Part shown: positions 1 to 9,944 of the stretch, in pieces
Layout: each line of letters starts with the position of its first letter
Numbering within the stretch: position 1 is the first letter of the stretch
Assembly: GCA_018267065.1 (NCBI GenBank)
Contig: JAFDZG010000106.1
Location: 1 to 47,291 of the forward strand
Length of the DNA stretch: 47,291 bases
Reading direction: 5' to 3'
DNA from: Bacteroidota bacterium
GTDB lineage: Bacteria; Bacteroidota; Bacteroidia; Flavobacteriales_F; PHOS-HE28
Position numbers and translations under genes: made by a program
The notes under the pieces: generated by a model
Databases searched by the model: none
What the model was told of the DNA's origin: nothing
Seen by the model: the letters and a program-made list of their open reading frames with translations, nothing else

Positions 1-144
1 CCGGAACAATGGTCGCTGTGGCTGGACGCTTGGGCTTTCAAGCGCAAGGCAAAGCCGGGCACGTGATTCCTTGCCCCAACGGCCCCCGATCGCATTACCT
101 TCGCGGCCCAAATCTTGAAAAAGGGCCTGTAAGCCCTCTCCATA

Positions 145-1194
145 ATGAAACTGAACGCATTCAAATTCGACGTGCCCAAGGAACTCATCGCCCTTTACCC
201 CACCAAGGACCGCGACGGTGCCAAGCTGATGGTGATGGACCGCAAAACGGGCAAGATCGAGCACAAGAAGTTCAAGAACATCCTGGATTACTTCAACGAA
301 GGCGACACCTTCGTGGTGAACGACACCAAGGTGTTCCCCGCCCGCATGTGGGGCAACAAAGAGAAGACCGGCGCCAAGATCGAGGTGTTCCTGCTGCGCG
401 AACTCAACCGCGACAGCCTGCTTTGGGACGTGGTGGTGGACCCCGCCCGCAAGATCCGCATCGGCAACAAGCTGTACTTCGGCAAGGACGATGAGCTCGT
501 GGCGGAAGTGATCGACAACACCACCAGCCGCGGCCGCACCCTGCGCTTCCTGTTCGACGGCAGCTACGAGGAATTCAAGCGCACCATCACCGAGATGGGC
601 GAAACCCCGCTGCCGCACTACATCAAGCGTGATTTGGAACCCAGCGATGCCGAGCGCTACCAGACCATTTTTGCCCAGCATGAAGGCGCCGTGGCGGCAC
701 CCACCGCAGGCATCCACTTCAGCCGCGAGATCATGAAACGCGCCGAGCTCAAGGGCATCAGCTTTGCGCCCGTAACCCTGCACGTGGGCTTAGGCACCTT
801 CCGCCCGGTGGAGGTGGAAGACCTCACCAAGCACAAAATGGACAGTGAGCAGGTGTTGATCGGCCAGGCCGCCTGCGACATCATCAATGCCAGCACCGAC
901 GCCAAGAAGCACGTATGCTGCGTGGGCACCACCACCATGCGCGCCATTGAGAGCAGCGTGAGCACGGATGACCACATCAAGCCCTACAACGGCTGGACCA
1001 ACAAGTTCATCTTCCCTCCCTACGAGTTCAATATTGCGGACCGCATGCTCACCAACTTCCACATGCCGGAGAGCACCCTGCTGATGATGGTGGCGGCGTT
1101 CGGGGGATACGACCACGTGTGGAACGCGTACAAGGTGGCCATCAAGGAGAAGTACCGCTTCTTCAGTTACGGGGACGCGATGCTGATCATCTGA
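145..1194 (+). CDS. queA: S-adenosylmethionine:tRNA ribosyltransferase-isomerase (queuosine biosynthesis)
   Basis: 349-aa ORF with an ATG start. N-terminus [19 protein letters not shown] and colinear QueA-like blocks ([32 protein letters not shown]). Confidence 0.92.
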   Translation: MKLNAFKFDVPKELIALYPTKDRDGAKLMVMDRKTGKIEHKKFKNILDYFNEGDTFVVNDTKVFPARMWGNKEKTGAKIEVFLLRELNRDSLLWDVVVDPARKIRIGNKLYFGKDDELVAEVIDNTTSRGRTLRFLFDGSYEEFKRTITEMGETPLPHYIKRDLEPSDAERYQTIFAQHEGAVAAPTAGIHFSREIMKRAELKGISFAPVTLHVGLGTFRPVEVEDLTKHKMDSEQVLIGQAACDIINASTDAKKHVCCVGTTTMRAIESSVSTDDHIKPYNGWTNKFIFPPYEFNIADRMLTNFHMPESTLLMMVAAFGGYDHVWNAYKVAIKEKYRFFSYGDAMLII

Positions 1195-1298
1195 GTGAAA
1201 GCGGAACAGCCGCATATGCGATAGGCCAAGAACACATCGGCGCGGGACCATGCCCCCGCGCCGCTTTTCTTTGCAGTGGCTGGTCCGGCCCGGATAGC

Positions 1299-1973
1299 AT
1301 GGAACGATCGGTGATCATTGTGGCTGGCGGCAGCGGCAAACGCATGGGCAGCACCCTGCCCAAACAGTTCCTGCTGCTGAAGGGAAGGCCGCTCCTGTTT
1401 TGGACCATCCGTGCATTTCACCGGTTCGATCCGGCCATGCAGTTGATCGTGGTGCTGCCCAAAGAACAGATGGAGGCGTGGGAGGCCCGGTGCGCGGCCC
1501 ACGATTTCCAGGTGCCGCACACCGTGGTGGCCGGCGGGCCGGAACGCTTTCATTCCGTAAAGGAGGGCCTGCGCGAAGTGCACCATAATGGCTTGGTGGC
1601 CGTGCATGACGGCGTGCGCCCGCTGGTTCCCGAAGAACTGATCGCCAACTGCCTTCGCGCCGCTGAACGGCACGGAGCAGCCATTCCCGTGGTACCCATG
1701 AGCTCGTCCGTGCGTGCCGTGGAAGGTGCCTCCTCCCACGCGGTGGACCGAACCGCCCTGCGCGTGGTGCAAACGCCGCAATGCTTCCAAGTGCCCATCC
1801 TGCGCACCGCTTTCGAACTGCCGTATGATCCCGCTTTCACCGATGAAGCCACGCTGGTGGAACGTACCGGAGCTGTGGTACACTTGGTGGAAGGAGCAGG
1901 GCAAAACATCAAGGTGACCACACCGGTGGACCTGGAGATCGCGGAAGTGCTGCTGAGGGGAGTGCCGCTTTAA
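1299..1973 (+). CDS. ispD: 2-C-methyl-D-erythritol 4-phosphate cytidylyltransferase
   Basis: Internal ATG of tracked ORF 1119-1973. N-terminus MERSVIIVAGGSGKRMGSTLPKQFLLLKGRPLL is the IspD nucleotide-binding signature; 224 aa. The upstream part of the ORF overlaps the queA 3' end. Confidence 0.88.
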   Translation: MERSVIIVAGGSGKRMGSTLPKQFLLLKGRPLLFWTIRAFHRFDPAMQLIVVLPKEQMEAWEARCAAHDFQVPHTVVAGGPERFHSVKEGLREVHHNGLVAVHDGVRPLVPEELIANCLRAAERHGAAIPVVPMSSSVRAVEGASSHAVDRTALRVVQTPQCFQVPILRTAFELPYDPAFTDEATLVERTGAVVHLVEGAGQNIKVTTPVDLEIAEVLLRGVPL

Positions 1974-2048
1974 TATGGAACGTGCCACTACCTTGTGCGG
2001 GCCTGGCAGGCCGGTATAGCCATCGGACTGCTTGCGCACCACGGCAGA

Positions 2049-3314
2049 ATGGGCGTTGAACAAATTGCACCTCCCAGTGCCCACCTGCACAGGCCGGTGC
2101 CCCCGTTCGTTTTCACGGTGCTCATCCTGCCCATGGGTGTTTCCAGCGGGTATGTAACGGTGACGCTCGGTTTTCTGCTCTCCCAGGCCGGGGTCTCCGT
2201 GGAGAAAATCGCAGGGCTGGTGGCGGCCTCCCTGCTTCCCCACATCTTCAAGTTCCTATGGGCACCGTTGGTGGATTCCACCCTCACCTACAAACGCTGG
2301 TACCGGCTGGCAAGCGTGGCCGGGTTCACCGGTATCGTGGCCACGGGGGTTGTGCCGTTCAAGGTATCCAGCATCCCGCACCTCACCGTGCTCGTGTTCC
2401 TGTGGAGCTTGGCCATCACCTTTCTGTGCATGGCCACGGAAGGCTTGATGGCCTACGATGTGCCCGAAGAAGCCAAGGGCCGCACCGGCGGGTTCATGCA
2501 AGCGGGCAACTTGGGCGGTGCCGGCATTGGCGGCGGCATCGGCCTGATCTTGGCGCAGCATCTGCCGGCGGCGTGGATGTCCCCGGTGATCATGGGCGCG
2601 GTTTGCATCGCCTGTTGCCTGCCCTTGGCACTTTTCAAAGATCGCCGTACCACGGTGCGGGCGGAGAAATTGCGCCAGACCTATGTGAACATCGGCAAGG
2701 ATGTTTGGGGCACCATCAAAACCAGGAGCGGACTGCTGGGGCTGCTGCTTTGCATGCTCACGCTGGGCACTGGCGCCGCCGGAAACTTGTGGTCCTCCAT
2801 TGCGAAAGATTGGCGTGCAACCGCCGAAGTGGTGGCTTTGGTGACCGGGGTCGCCGGGGGCCTGTTGGCGGCGCTGGGCTGCATGATCGGCGGTTGGGCC
2901 TGCGACCGGATGAACAGCAGGAATGCCTACTTGCTTTTCGGGCTGGCAGGTGCAGCCTGCGCGGTGGCCATGGGCTTTGCCCCGCGCACCGAACGGATGT
3001 TCATCGGGTTCACCTCGCTCTATGCGGTCATTACGGGCCTCAGCTACGCGGGCTTTACGGCATTCACCCTGGATGTGATCGGGAAAGGCGCCGCTGCCAC
3101 CAAGTACAACATCTTCGCGGCCCTGTCCAATTCCCCGATCTACCTGATGACGTGGGTGGTTGGCGTGGCCTACGCGCACTTCGGGCCGCAGGGCATGTTG
3201 AACACCGAAGCCGCCTTTGCGGCGGGGGCCGTCCTGCTTTTCCTGTTCGTGCAAAAGCTGATCTGCCGGAAACAAGGCGCAGTTCCGGCCGGAACCGCCC
3301 AGGCTGAACGTTGA
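2049..3314 (+). CDS. AmpG-like (PAT family) MFS transporter
   Basis: Polytopic membrane protein with the motif PHIFKFLWAPLVDS, resembling the AmpG signature, and about 12 hydrophobic segments. Start is uncertain: the tracked ORF begins at GTG 1995, and ATG 2049 lies about 20 aa before the first TM. Confidence 0.7.
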   Translation: MGVEQIAPPSAHLHRPVPPFVFTVLILPMGVSSGYVTVTLGFLLSQAGVSVEKIAGLVAASLLPHIFKFLWAPLVDSTLTYKRWYRLASVAGFTGIVATGVVPFKVSSIPHLTVLVFLWSLAITFLCMATEGLMAYDVPEEAKGRTGGFMQAGNLGGAGIGGGIGLILAQHLPAAWMSPVIMGAVCIACCLPLALFKDRRTTVRAEKLRQTYVNIGKDVWGTIKTRSGLLGLLLCMLTLGTGAAGNLWSSIAKDWRATAEVVALVTGVAGGLLAALGCMIGGWACDRMNSRNAYLLFGLAGAACAVAMGFAPRTERMFIGFTSLYAVITGLSYAGFTAFTLDVIGKGAAATKYNIFAALSNSPIYLMTWVVGVAYAHFGPQGMLNTEAAFAAGAVLLFLFVQKLICRKQGAVPAGTAQAER

Positions 3315-3318
3315 TCGT

Positions 3319-3344
3319 CCCTGGCAGGGCCGGGATTGCCAGGG
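3319..3344 (+). terminator. Candidate stem-loop just after the MFS gene stop (8-bp stem ccctggca/tgccaggg, 10-nt loop)
   Basis: Inverted repeat read directly, 5 nt after the stop at 3312-3314. No U-tract follows. Confidence 0.3.
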
Positions 3345-3413
3345 CAAACGCATCTAAATCGCTGTAATTACCTGAAGCTTGTACAAGGAATTGCTCATAG
3401 GCTCTTGTTGAAT

Positions 3414-3494
3414 GGGGCTTCGGCTCCGCTCAGCCCAGTGTGCACACTAACGACAATTGAAAAGAGAAACTGGGCTGAGCGGAGCCGAAGCCCC
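3414..3494. repeat. Perfect 24-bp inverted repeat (ggggcttcggctccgctcagccca / tgggctgagcggagccgaagcccc) with a 33-nt loop
   Basis: Arms at 3414-3437 and 3471-3494 are exact reverse complements. The loop starts with the 10-nt palindrome gtgtgcacac. It lies in a 304-bp locally AT-richer intergenic region between the MFS gene and rlmN. Confidence 0.85.
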
Positions 3495-3618
3495 AACGAT
3501 GATCACTCACAAGCCGCTTGCAGAAACAGTTCTCCACGACACTGGTGGCCTACAATTTTGATGTGTTTGCCCTGCCGGGATTGCGGCGGCTTTCCGCCGG
3601 AAGCGCGACCTTTGCACC

Positions 3619-4713
3619 ATGAACGCCAAGCCCGTTGACCTCCGTGAGCTCAGCAAGGAGGAAGTGGCCGCCCTGGTAGCGGAGCTGGGTGAAAAGCCTT
3701 ACCGCGCCAAGCAAGTGTGGGAATGGCTGTGGAAGACGCATGCCCCTTCCATCGAAGCCATGAGCAACCTCTCCAAGGAATTGCGCGCGGGCCTGGCCGA
3801 ACGGGCCGTGCTGCGGCCCTTGGTGGTGGCCGAGCAGCAGCGCAGTGATGACGGCACGGTGAAATGCGCGTTCCGAAGCTGGGACGGCCATGTGGTAGAG
3901 GGTGTGCTGATCCCAACTGAGAAGCGCATCACGGCATGCGTCAGTTGCCAAGTGGGCTGCAGCCTGGATTGTGCGTTCTGCGCCACCGGGCGGCTCAAGC
4001 GGTTGCGCAACCTCAGCGCCGGCGAAATCGTGGACCAAGTGACCGGTATTGCCAAGCTTTCCATGGAGCTGTACCAACGGCCGCTTACGAACATTGTGTA
4101 CATGGGCATGGGCGAGCCGCTGCTGAACTATGCCGCCATCATGCGGAGCACGGAGCGCATCAACGCGGAGGACGGCTTGGGCATGAGCTACCGCCGCATC
4201 ACGGTGAGCACCGCCGGCATCGCCAAGATGATCCGCCAGCTCGGTGATGACGGCGCCAAGTTCAACCTGGCCCTCTCGCTGCATGCCGCCACGGACGAAA
4301 AGCGCAGCAGCATGATGCCGATCAACGACTCCAACAGCCTGGATGAGTTGATGTCCGCGCTGCGCCATTACACCCGGCTCACCCGTAAGGATGTCACCTT
4401 TGAGTACATCCTGTTCCGCGACATCAACGATTCGCCGGAGGATGCGCGCAACTTGGTGCGCCTCTGCAGCCAGGTGAACGCAAAAGTGAACCTGATCGAG
4501 TACAACGCCACGGACGACGGGCGTTTCCAGCGCACCCCGATCGAGCAGGCGCTCAAATTCCAGAACTATCTGGAGAGCAAGGGAATCACCGCGCGCATCC
4601 GTAGAAGCCGCGGCCGCGACATTGATGCGGCCTGCGGGCAACTGGCCAACAAGAACGAGCCGGCGCTCAAGGAAGGTGAACGGGTGTTGAAGCCGCTGCG
4701 CACCGCGCACTAG
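3619..4713 (+). CDS. rlmN: 23S rRNA/tRNA adenine-C2 methyltransferase, radical SAM
   Basis: 364 aa with the radical-SAM cluster motif CQVGCSLDCAFCATG, plus GMGEPLLN and the C-terminal DIDAACGQL block typical of RlmN. Confidence 0.92.
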   Translation: MNAKPVDLRELSKEEVAALVAELGEKPYRAKQVWEWLWKTHAPSIEAMSNLSKELRAGLAERAVLRPLVVAEQQRSDDGTVKCAFRSWDGHVVEGVLIPTEKRITACVSCQVGCSLDCAFCATGRLKRLRNLSAGEIVDQVTGIAKLSMELYQRPLTNIVYMGMGEPLLNYAAIMRSTERINAEDGLGMSYRRITVSTAGIAKMIRQLGDDGAKFNLALSLHAATDEKRSSMMPINDSNSLDELMSALRHYTRLTRKDVTFEYILFRDINDSPEDARNLVRLCSQVNAKVNLIEYNATDDGRFQRTPIEQALKFQNYLESKGITARIRRSRGRDIDAACGQLANKNEPALKEGERVLKPLRTAH

Positions 4714-5420
4714 AACCCGTAGCCGATCTTTATTCCCAGGAAAAAGGCCGGCACGTTGTCGTGCTTCTCTTCCGTGGAATAGCTCCAGGTCCTTTCCGTA
4801 AGGTCAAAGTGCTCATCCACCTTTTTGAGCGAGCGGTTGCGCAGGCCGATGCCGCCGTAAAGATCAAGGAGCCAATTGCTTGTTCCGGACAGCCGCTGGT
4901 ACCCGAAGTAGAGGCGCACATCGTTGTACAGGCGCTGATCGCGGAGCGTAATGTCCGTGAAACCACCGGTGCTGTCCCTCACGGAAATGTCCTTGCTGTG
5001 GTCCACATAGGAAAATCCGCCCTGCAGGTATACACCCTCCGGTTCCAGGTCGTCGGTGAGGTAATAGCGGAAGCCCAGGTGGTACGAGGGCTTGGTAATG
5101 ATGTGCGTGCCGGCGCTGAAGTCATCGGCGTCATCCCCGGCAAGGTCGCCGCCGATGTAGTTGCGAAACGTTACGCCAACGGCCAGCTCCGCGCTGATGC
5201 GGGGGGAAAGGGCGCGCTCGTAGTACAGGGGCGCTTCCCCGCGAAGGAACAACAGCGGGTTCAATTTCAGCACGTTCTTCACGCATTTCACCGTGTCCCA
5301 TTGCGCGGCGATCCGGTCCTTGTACAGCACCACCTTGGTGTCCTTCCGGTTCCCTTGTGCCAATGCGCAGCCACTGCCCAACAACAGCATTGCGGAAATC
5401 AGCAGGGGCCGGCGTGCCAT
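4710..5420 (-). CDS. Outer-membrane beta-barrel protein (hypothetical)
   Basis: Internal ATG of ORF 4710-5558 gives the signal peptide MARRPLLISAMLLLGSGCALAQ. Alternating beta-strand-like sequence and a C-terminal ...GIKIGYGF (terminal Phe OMP signature). Confidence 0.65.
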   Translation of the reverse strand: MARRPLLISAMLLLGSGCALAQGNRKDTKVVLYKDRIAAQWDTVKCVKNVLKLNPLLFLRGEAPLYYERALSPRISAELAVGVTFRNYIGGDLAGDDADDFSAGTHIITKPSYHLGFRYYLTDDLEPEGVYLQGGFSYVDHSKDISVRDSTGGFTDITLRDQRLYNDVRLYFGYQRLSGTSNWLLDLYGGIGLRNRSLKKVDEHFDLTERTWSYSTEEKHDNVPAFFLGIKIGYGF

Positions 5421-5530
5421 GTGACGAATGTAAGCGGAGGAAGGCTCCGGCCAAGCCGGGCCCCAAAGAATGGCCCCAATGCTCCGCTCCGAACGCCCCG
5501 GTATCCGCCCGTGCTGCGCATCTTTGCACA

Positions 5531-6541
5531 ATGGCCTCCATGCCGGTAGCCCAGGCACCAGCCGTTCCGCGCACCTTGGCGGAGATCCGCCGCCCCGTTC
5601 AGGCGGAAATGGACCTGTTCGAGGTGCGCTTCCGCGAGGCCATGCGCAGCAAGGTACCCCTGCTGGACCGCGTGATGCACTACATCGTGCAGCGCAAGGG
5701 CAAACAGATGCGGCCCCTGTTCACCCTGCTCAGTGCACGGCAGTTCGGCCCGGTGAACGAGGCTGGCTACACGGCGGCCTCCCTCATCGAGCTGCTGCAC
5801 ACCGCCACACTGGTGCATGATGACGTGGTGGACGACAGCAACATGCGACGCGGGTTTTTCAGCATCAACGCCCTGTGGAAGAACAAGGTGGCCGTGCTGG
5901 TGGGCGACTACCTCCTGAGCAAGGGCCTGCTGCTGGCCGTTGAGCATGAACAGTTCGAATTGCTGCGCATCGTGAGCACCGCCGTGCGCGAAATGAGCGA
6001 GGGCGAGCTGCTGCAGATGGAAAAGGCGCGCGGGCTCAATTTCAGCGAAGAAGTGTACTTCGACATCATCCGGAAGAAAACGGCCAGCCTCATCGCGGCG
6101 TGTTGCGCCAGCGGGGCGTTCGCGGGCGGGGCCGATCCGGCACAGGTGGAACTGATGCGCCGCTTCGGCATACACGCCGGCATTGCCTTCCAGATCAAGG
6201 ACGACCTCTTTGACTACGGCGCCGGAAAGAACGTGGGCAAGCCCACCGGCATCGACATCAAGGAAGGCAAGCTCACCCTGCCGTTGATCCATGCCTTGCG
6301 CGTGGTGGGAGCCGGGGACCGCCGTTGGATGGTGCGCACCGTAAAGCATGAAAGCGGCAATGGCAAGGCGGTGGCGCGCTTGGTGGCCAAGGTGGTGGAA
6401 GCCGGGGGCATTGAGCACGCACGCAAGTGCATGTACACGCACCGCGACCTGGCCATGGAGGAGCTGCGCCAGCTACCGGCCACCGATGCCCGTCTTGCCT
6501 TGGAAGGATTGCTGGAAATGACCGTGGAGCGGAACAAATGA
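5531..6541 (+). CDS. Polyprenyl diphosphate synthase (IspB/octaprenyl-type)
   Basis: Internal ATG of ORF 5357-6541. Both aspartate-rich motifs are present (LVHDDVVDDS and FQIKDDLFDY); 336 aa. Confidence 0.88.
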   Translation: MASMPVAQAPAVPRTLAEIRRPVQAEMDLFEVRFREAMRSKVPLLDRVMHYIVQRKGKQMRPLFTLLSARQFGPVNEAGYTAASLIELLHTATLVHDDVVDDSNMRRGFFSINALWKNKVAVLVGDYLLSKGLLLAVEHEQFELLRIVSTAVREMSEGELLQMEKARGLNFSEEVYFDIIRKKTASLIAACCASGAFAGGADPAQVELMRRFGIHAGIAFQIKDDLFDYGAGKNVGKPTGIDIKEGKLTLPLIHALRVVGAGDRRWMVRTVKHESGNGKAVARLVAKVVEAGGIEHARKCMYTHRDLAMEELRQLPATDARLALEGLLEMTVERNK

Positions 6542-7005
6542 AGATCGGACCGATTGCCTGCTTCTCCCTGTTTTCCGTGCTGGTGGCTGCCTGCCACGGA
6601 ACCGCGAATGATGCCAAGCCAGCTGCCATGCCGGTGGAAGCAAAAGACAGCACCCACGCCGCAAAGCCGGACACCGCGATGGTGCACGACGGGCACATGC
6701 GCCTGGTGGGCCCCGACGGGCACCTGCAGATGGAAGGCGACATGGCCGGCGGCAAGCGTTCCGGCCTGTGGACCAGCTACACCCGCGATGGCCGCGTGAA
6801 AAGCCGGAGTGAATACAAGGATGGGCTGCCGGAAGGCATCTCCACGGTGTTCCGCGATGACGGTACACTGTTCTACACCGGTAACCAACGAAGGGGCAAG
6901 CAAATTGGCGAATGGCGGTACTACAACGCCGAAGGCCAGTTGGAAAGAACCGTGGTGTATGACACCAGCGGTGCAGTTATCAACGATCATGGGCAGGGGC
7001 GGTGA
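6538..7005 (+). CDS. MORN-repeat (YwqK-like) lipoprotein
   Basis: ATG overlaps the upstream stop (ATGA). Lipobox-type signal MKIGPIACFSLFSVLVAAC. Repeated G-x-W-x-x-Y-x-x-G units (GKRSGLWTSYTRDG, GKQIGEWRYYNAEG). Confidence 0.7.
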   Translation: MKIGPIACFSLFSVLVAACHGTANDAKPAAMPVEAKDSTHAAKPDTAMVHDGHMRLVGPDGHLQMEGDMAGGKRSGLWTSYTRDGRVKSRSEYKDGLPEGISTVFRDDGTLFYTGNQRRGKQIGEWRYYNAEGQLERTVVYDTSGAVINDHGQGR

Positions 7006-7044
7006 GGCTGCGGTAAATTCGCGGTCCCCAAAAACCGGGCCCGC

Positions 7045-8997
7045 GTGATCACGCCGCAATCCATACAGCAGGTAAAGGATGCCGTCCGCATTGAGGAGGT
7101 GCTGGGCGATTTTGTGCAGTTGAAGCGCAAGGGGCCGCGCTACCTGGGGCTGTGCCCGTTCCACAACGAGAAGACACCGTCGTTCAATGTGAGCCCGCAG
7201 CTCGGCATCTTCAAGTGCTTCGGCTGCGGGGAAAAGGGCGATGCCATCGGCTTCCTCCAGAAGCACGAGCATCTCACATTCGTGGAGGCTGTGCGTTGGT
7301 TGGCCAAGCGCTACCAGATCGAGCTGGAGGAAGAACAGCAGTCCGAGGAACAGCAGTTGGAACAGGGCGAACGCGAGAGCCTCTCCGTGGTGCAGCAGTG
7401 GGCGTTGGACTGGAGCGTGGACCAGCTTTGGAACACGGACGAGGGCAAGCGCATCGGGCTTTCCTACTTCCACGAGCGCGGCTTCCGCGAGGACACCATC
7501 AAGGAATTCCAACTGGGCTATGTGCCGGAGAAAGGAAATGCCTTTGCAACGGCGGCACTGGCGCACGGCTTCAACCCCGAAGTACTGGAGAAGGCCGGGT
7601 GGGTCAAGCGCCGGGAGGACGGCACGCCGTGGGATTTCTTCCAGGGCCGCGTCACCTTTCCCATCCACGGGCTTACCGGCCAACCCATCGCCTTCGGGGC
7701 GCGCACGCTGAAGAGCGACAAGAAGCTACCCAAGTACTTCAACAGCCCGGAGAGCGTGCTCTACGTGAAGAGCCGTTCACTCTACGGCATCACCTTGGCG
7801 AAGAAAGCCATCGTGGAACAGCAGCAATGCCTGCTGGTGGAGGGCTATACCGATGTGATCAGCCTGCACCAGGCCGGCGTGCACAACGTGGTGGCCAGCA
7901 GCGGCACCAGCCTTACCGTGGAGCAGGTGCGGCTCATCAAGCGCTATGCACCGGCCGTGGTGATCCTGTATGACGGCGATGCCGCAGGCATCAAGGCATC
8001 GCTGCGCGGCATTGACCTGGTGATTGCCGAGGGCCTCAACGTAAAGATCGTGGCCTTCCCGGACGGGGATGATCCGGACAGCTTTGCCCGCAAGCATTCC
8101 AGCACGGAAATCGCGGACTTCATCCAGCATGCCGCCAAGGATTTCCTGGTCTTCAAGGCAGACCTGCTGGTGGCCGAAGCGGGCAATGACCCCGTGAAAA
8201 AAGCCGCTGCCATCCATGAACTGGTGGAAAGCATTGCGCTTGTGCCGGACCATGTGCTGCGCTCGCTCTACGTGAAGCAGTGCGCCCATCTGCTGGACAT
8301 CCCGGAACAGGCGCTGGTGAGCGAACTGAACAAGGTGTTGCGCCGGGCATTCCGCAAGCGATTGGGCGATGATGCGCCGGTGCTTGGGGAGATCATGCCG
8401 GGCCCCCAGGCGCCCCCGCAGCCGGTACAAGAGGAAGTGGGCTTCACGCCGCAGGAACGCGAACTGCTGCGCATGCTGATCAAATACGGCCATGAGCGGA
8501 TCATCGTGCCCATGCAGGAAGAGGACGGATCATCCTCGGAAGAAGAACTCTCCGTGGCCGAGCTCATGTTCCAATCATTGGCCTACGACGAGATCGACTT
8601 CAGCGACCCGTTGTTCGCAACGATGTACAGGGATTACAGCTTCGCGCACAAAACCGGCACCGAGGTGCGGCCGGCCCGCTACATCGGCAATGAAAACGAG
8701 GAATGGCGGAAGCTGACCATCGACCTGCTCACGGATGCCTATGTGCTGAGCCCGAATTGGAAGACCAAGCACAAGATCCACGTGGTGCAGGAGCACGACC
8801 AGTTGTTGGACGCCGTGGAACATGCCATGAACGTGCTCAAGGAACGTCATCTGGACCGCATGTTGCGCGAAACCCAGGAAAAACTGAAGACCGTGGAAAG
8901 TGACGCCGAAATGGAGTCGGTGATGCACGAACTGATCCGCCTGCAGGACACCAAGGTGGCCTTTGCAAAGGTTACCGGAAGGCAGGTGGTGGGGTAG
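7045..8997 (+). CDS. dnaG: DNA primase
   Basis: 650 aa with a GTG start. CHC2 zinc ribbon CPFHNEKTPSFNVSPQLGIFKCFGCGEKGD and TOPRIM motifs (EGYTDVISLHQAG, LYDGDAAG). Confidence 0.92.
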   Translation: MITPQSIQQVKDAVRIEEVLGDFVQLKRKGPRYLGLCPFHNEKTPSFNVSPQLGIFKCFGCGEKGDAIGFLQKHEHLTFVEAVRWLAKRYQIELEEEQQSEEQQLEQGERESLSVVQQWALDWSVDQLWNTDEGKRIGLSYFHERGFREDTIKEFQLGYVPEKGNAFATAALAHGFNPEVLEKAGWVKRREDGTPWDFFQGRVTFPIHGLTGQPIAFGARTLKSDKKLPKYFNSPESVLYVKSRSLYGITLAKKAIVEQQQCLLVEGYTDVISLHQAGVHNVVASSGTSLTVEQVRLIKRYAPAVVILYDGDAAGIKASLRGIDLVIAEGLNVKIVAFPDGDDPDSFARKHSSTEIADFIQHAAKDFLVFKADLLVAEAGNDPVKKAAAIHELVESIALVPDHVLRSLYVKQCAHLLDIPEQALVSELNKVLRRAFRKRLGDDAPVLGEIMPGPQAPPQPVQEEVGFTPQERELLRMLIKYGHERIIVPMQEEDGSSSEEELSVAELMFQSLAYDEIDFSDPLFATMYRDYSFAHKTGTEVRPARYIGNENEEWRKLTIDLLTDAYVLSPNWKTKHKIHVVQEHDQLLDAVEHAMNVLKERHLDRMLRETQEKLKTVESDAEMESVMHELIRLQDTKVAFAKVTGRQVVG

Positions 8998-9018
8998 GTC
9001 CTTGTCTACTTTCGCGCC

Positions 9019-9939
9019 ATGGCGCACGATCACGGGCATCACCACGCGCACGAAGGTCATGGCCATGAAGGCCACGACCATTCGCGCGGTTCGCGCAACA
9101 TCCGGTTCGCTTTTTTCTTCAACCTGGCCTTCACGCTCATCGAGGTGGCCGGCGGCTTCTGGACACAGAGCATGGCCGTGCTCAGCGACGCCATGCACGA
9201 CATGGGCGACTCGCTGGTGCTGGGTGCCGCGTGGTACCTGAGCAACCTGGCCGTGCGGGGCCGCGACGGAAAGTACAGCTACGGCTACGGTCGGTACAGC
9301 ATGCTGGGGGGCTGGCTCACGGCCCTGGTGCTGGCCATTGGCTCATTGGTGCTGATGGTGTTCACGCTTTCAAAGATCAATGAACCCCATGAGCCCCATG
9401 CGGTGGGCATGATGGTGCTGGCCGCCTTCGGTTTGGCCATGAACGGACTGGCCGCCTGGAAGCTGCATGGGGGGAGCTCGCTGAACGAACAAGGCGCATT
9501 CCTGCATCTGTTGGAGGATGTGCTCGGTTGGGCCGCCGTGCTTGTGGGCGCGGTGATCATCCACTTCACGGGGCTTGGCATCGTGGACCCTTTGCTTTCC
9601 ATCGCCATCAACTTGTTCGTGCTGTTCAACGCGGTGAAAACCTTGCGCAAGGGAACGGGCATCCTGATGCAGCGCCTTCCGGAAGGCTTTGATGAAGTGA
9701 AGATCACCGATGCCTTGCGCGCATTGCCCCATGTGGTGGGCTCGCACGACCAGCATGCATGGACGTTGGATGGTGATTACATCGTCCTTACCGTGCACCT
9801 GGAAGTGGACACCAGCGATGCAGCGGAACGCTCCCAATTGACCAAGGCCGCGCGTGAGTTGTTGCAGGGCATGGGCGTGCACCACGCCACCATTGAACTG
9901 GAACTTCCACAGGACGAATGCTCCCTAGCGCACCACTGA
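9019..9939 (+). CDS. Cation diffusion facilitator (CzcD/ZitB-like) metal efflux transporter
   Basis: 306 aa with a His-rich N-terminus MAHDHGHHHAHEGHGHEGHDH, six hydrophobic segments, a CDF-like HLLEDVLGW block and a C-terminal cytoplasmic domain. Confidence 0.88.
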   Translation: MAHDHGHHHAHEGHGHEGHDHSRGSRNIRFAFFFNLAFTLIEVAGGFWTQSMAVLSDAMHDMGDSLVLGAAWYLSNLAVRGRDGKYSYGYGRYSMLGGWLTALVLAIGSLVLMVFTLSKINEPHEPHAVGMMVLAAFGLAMNGLAAWKLHGGSSLNEQGAFLHLLEDVLGWAAVLVGAVIIHFTGLGIVDPLLSIAINLFVLFNAVKTLRKGTGILMQRLPEGFDEVKITDALRALPHVVGSHDQHAWTLDGDYIVLTVHLEVDTSDAAERSQLTKAARELLQGMGVHHATIELELPQDECSLAHH

Positions 9940-9944
9940 GAACA

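Noticed and set aside
9-494. 161-aa ORF overlapping the start of queA
   Set aside because: It is out of frame with queA and has Pro/Arg/Gly-rich composition. The first 144 nt show no convincing gene end on either strand.
3336-3638. 100-aa ORF in the MFS-rlmN spacer
   Set aside because: It runs straight through the 24-bp inverted repeat and into rlmN. Both arms of the palindrome would be translated. It is more plausibly non-coding.
1167-4710. Series of long minus-strand ORFs (1167-2243, 2256-3353, 3550-4710)
   Set aside because: They are antisense to ispD, the AmpG-like transporter and rlmN, each of which has clear family motifs in the sense frame. They are shadow ORFs.
6214-7683. 489-aa ORF on the minus strand
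   Set aside because: It is antisense to the polyprenyl synthase 3' end, the MORN lipoprotein gene and dnaG. It spans three real genes, has low-complexity composition and no family signature.
8998-9018. Possible metal (NiCo/czcD-type) riboswitch upstream of the CDF transporter
   Set aside because: Only 21 nt separate dnaG from the transporter start, which is too short for any riboswitch aptamer.
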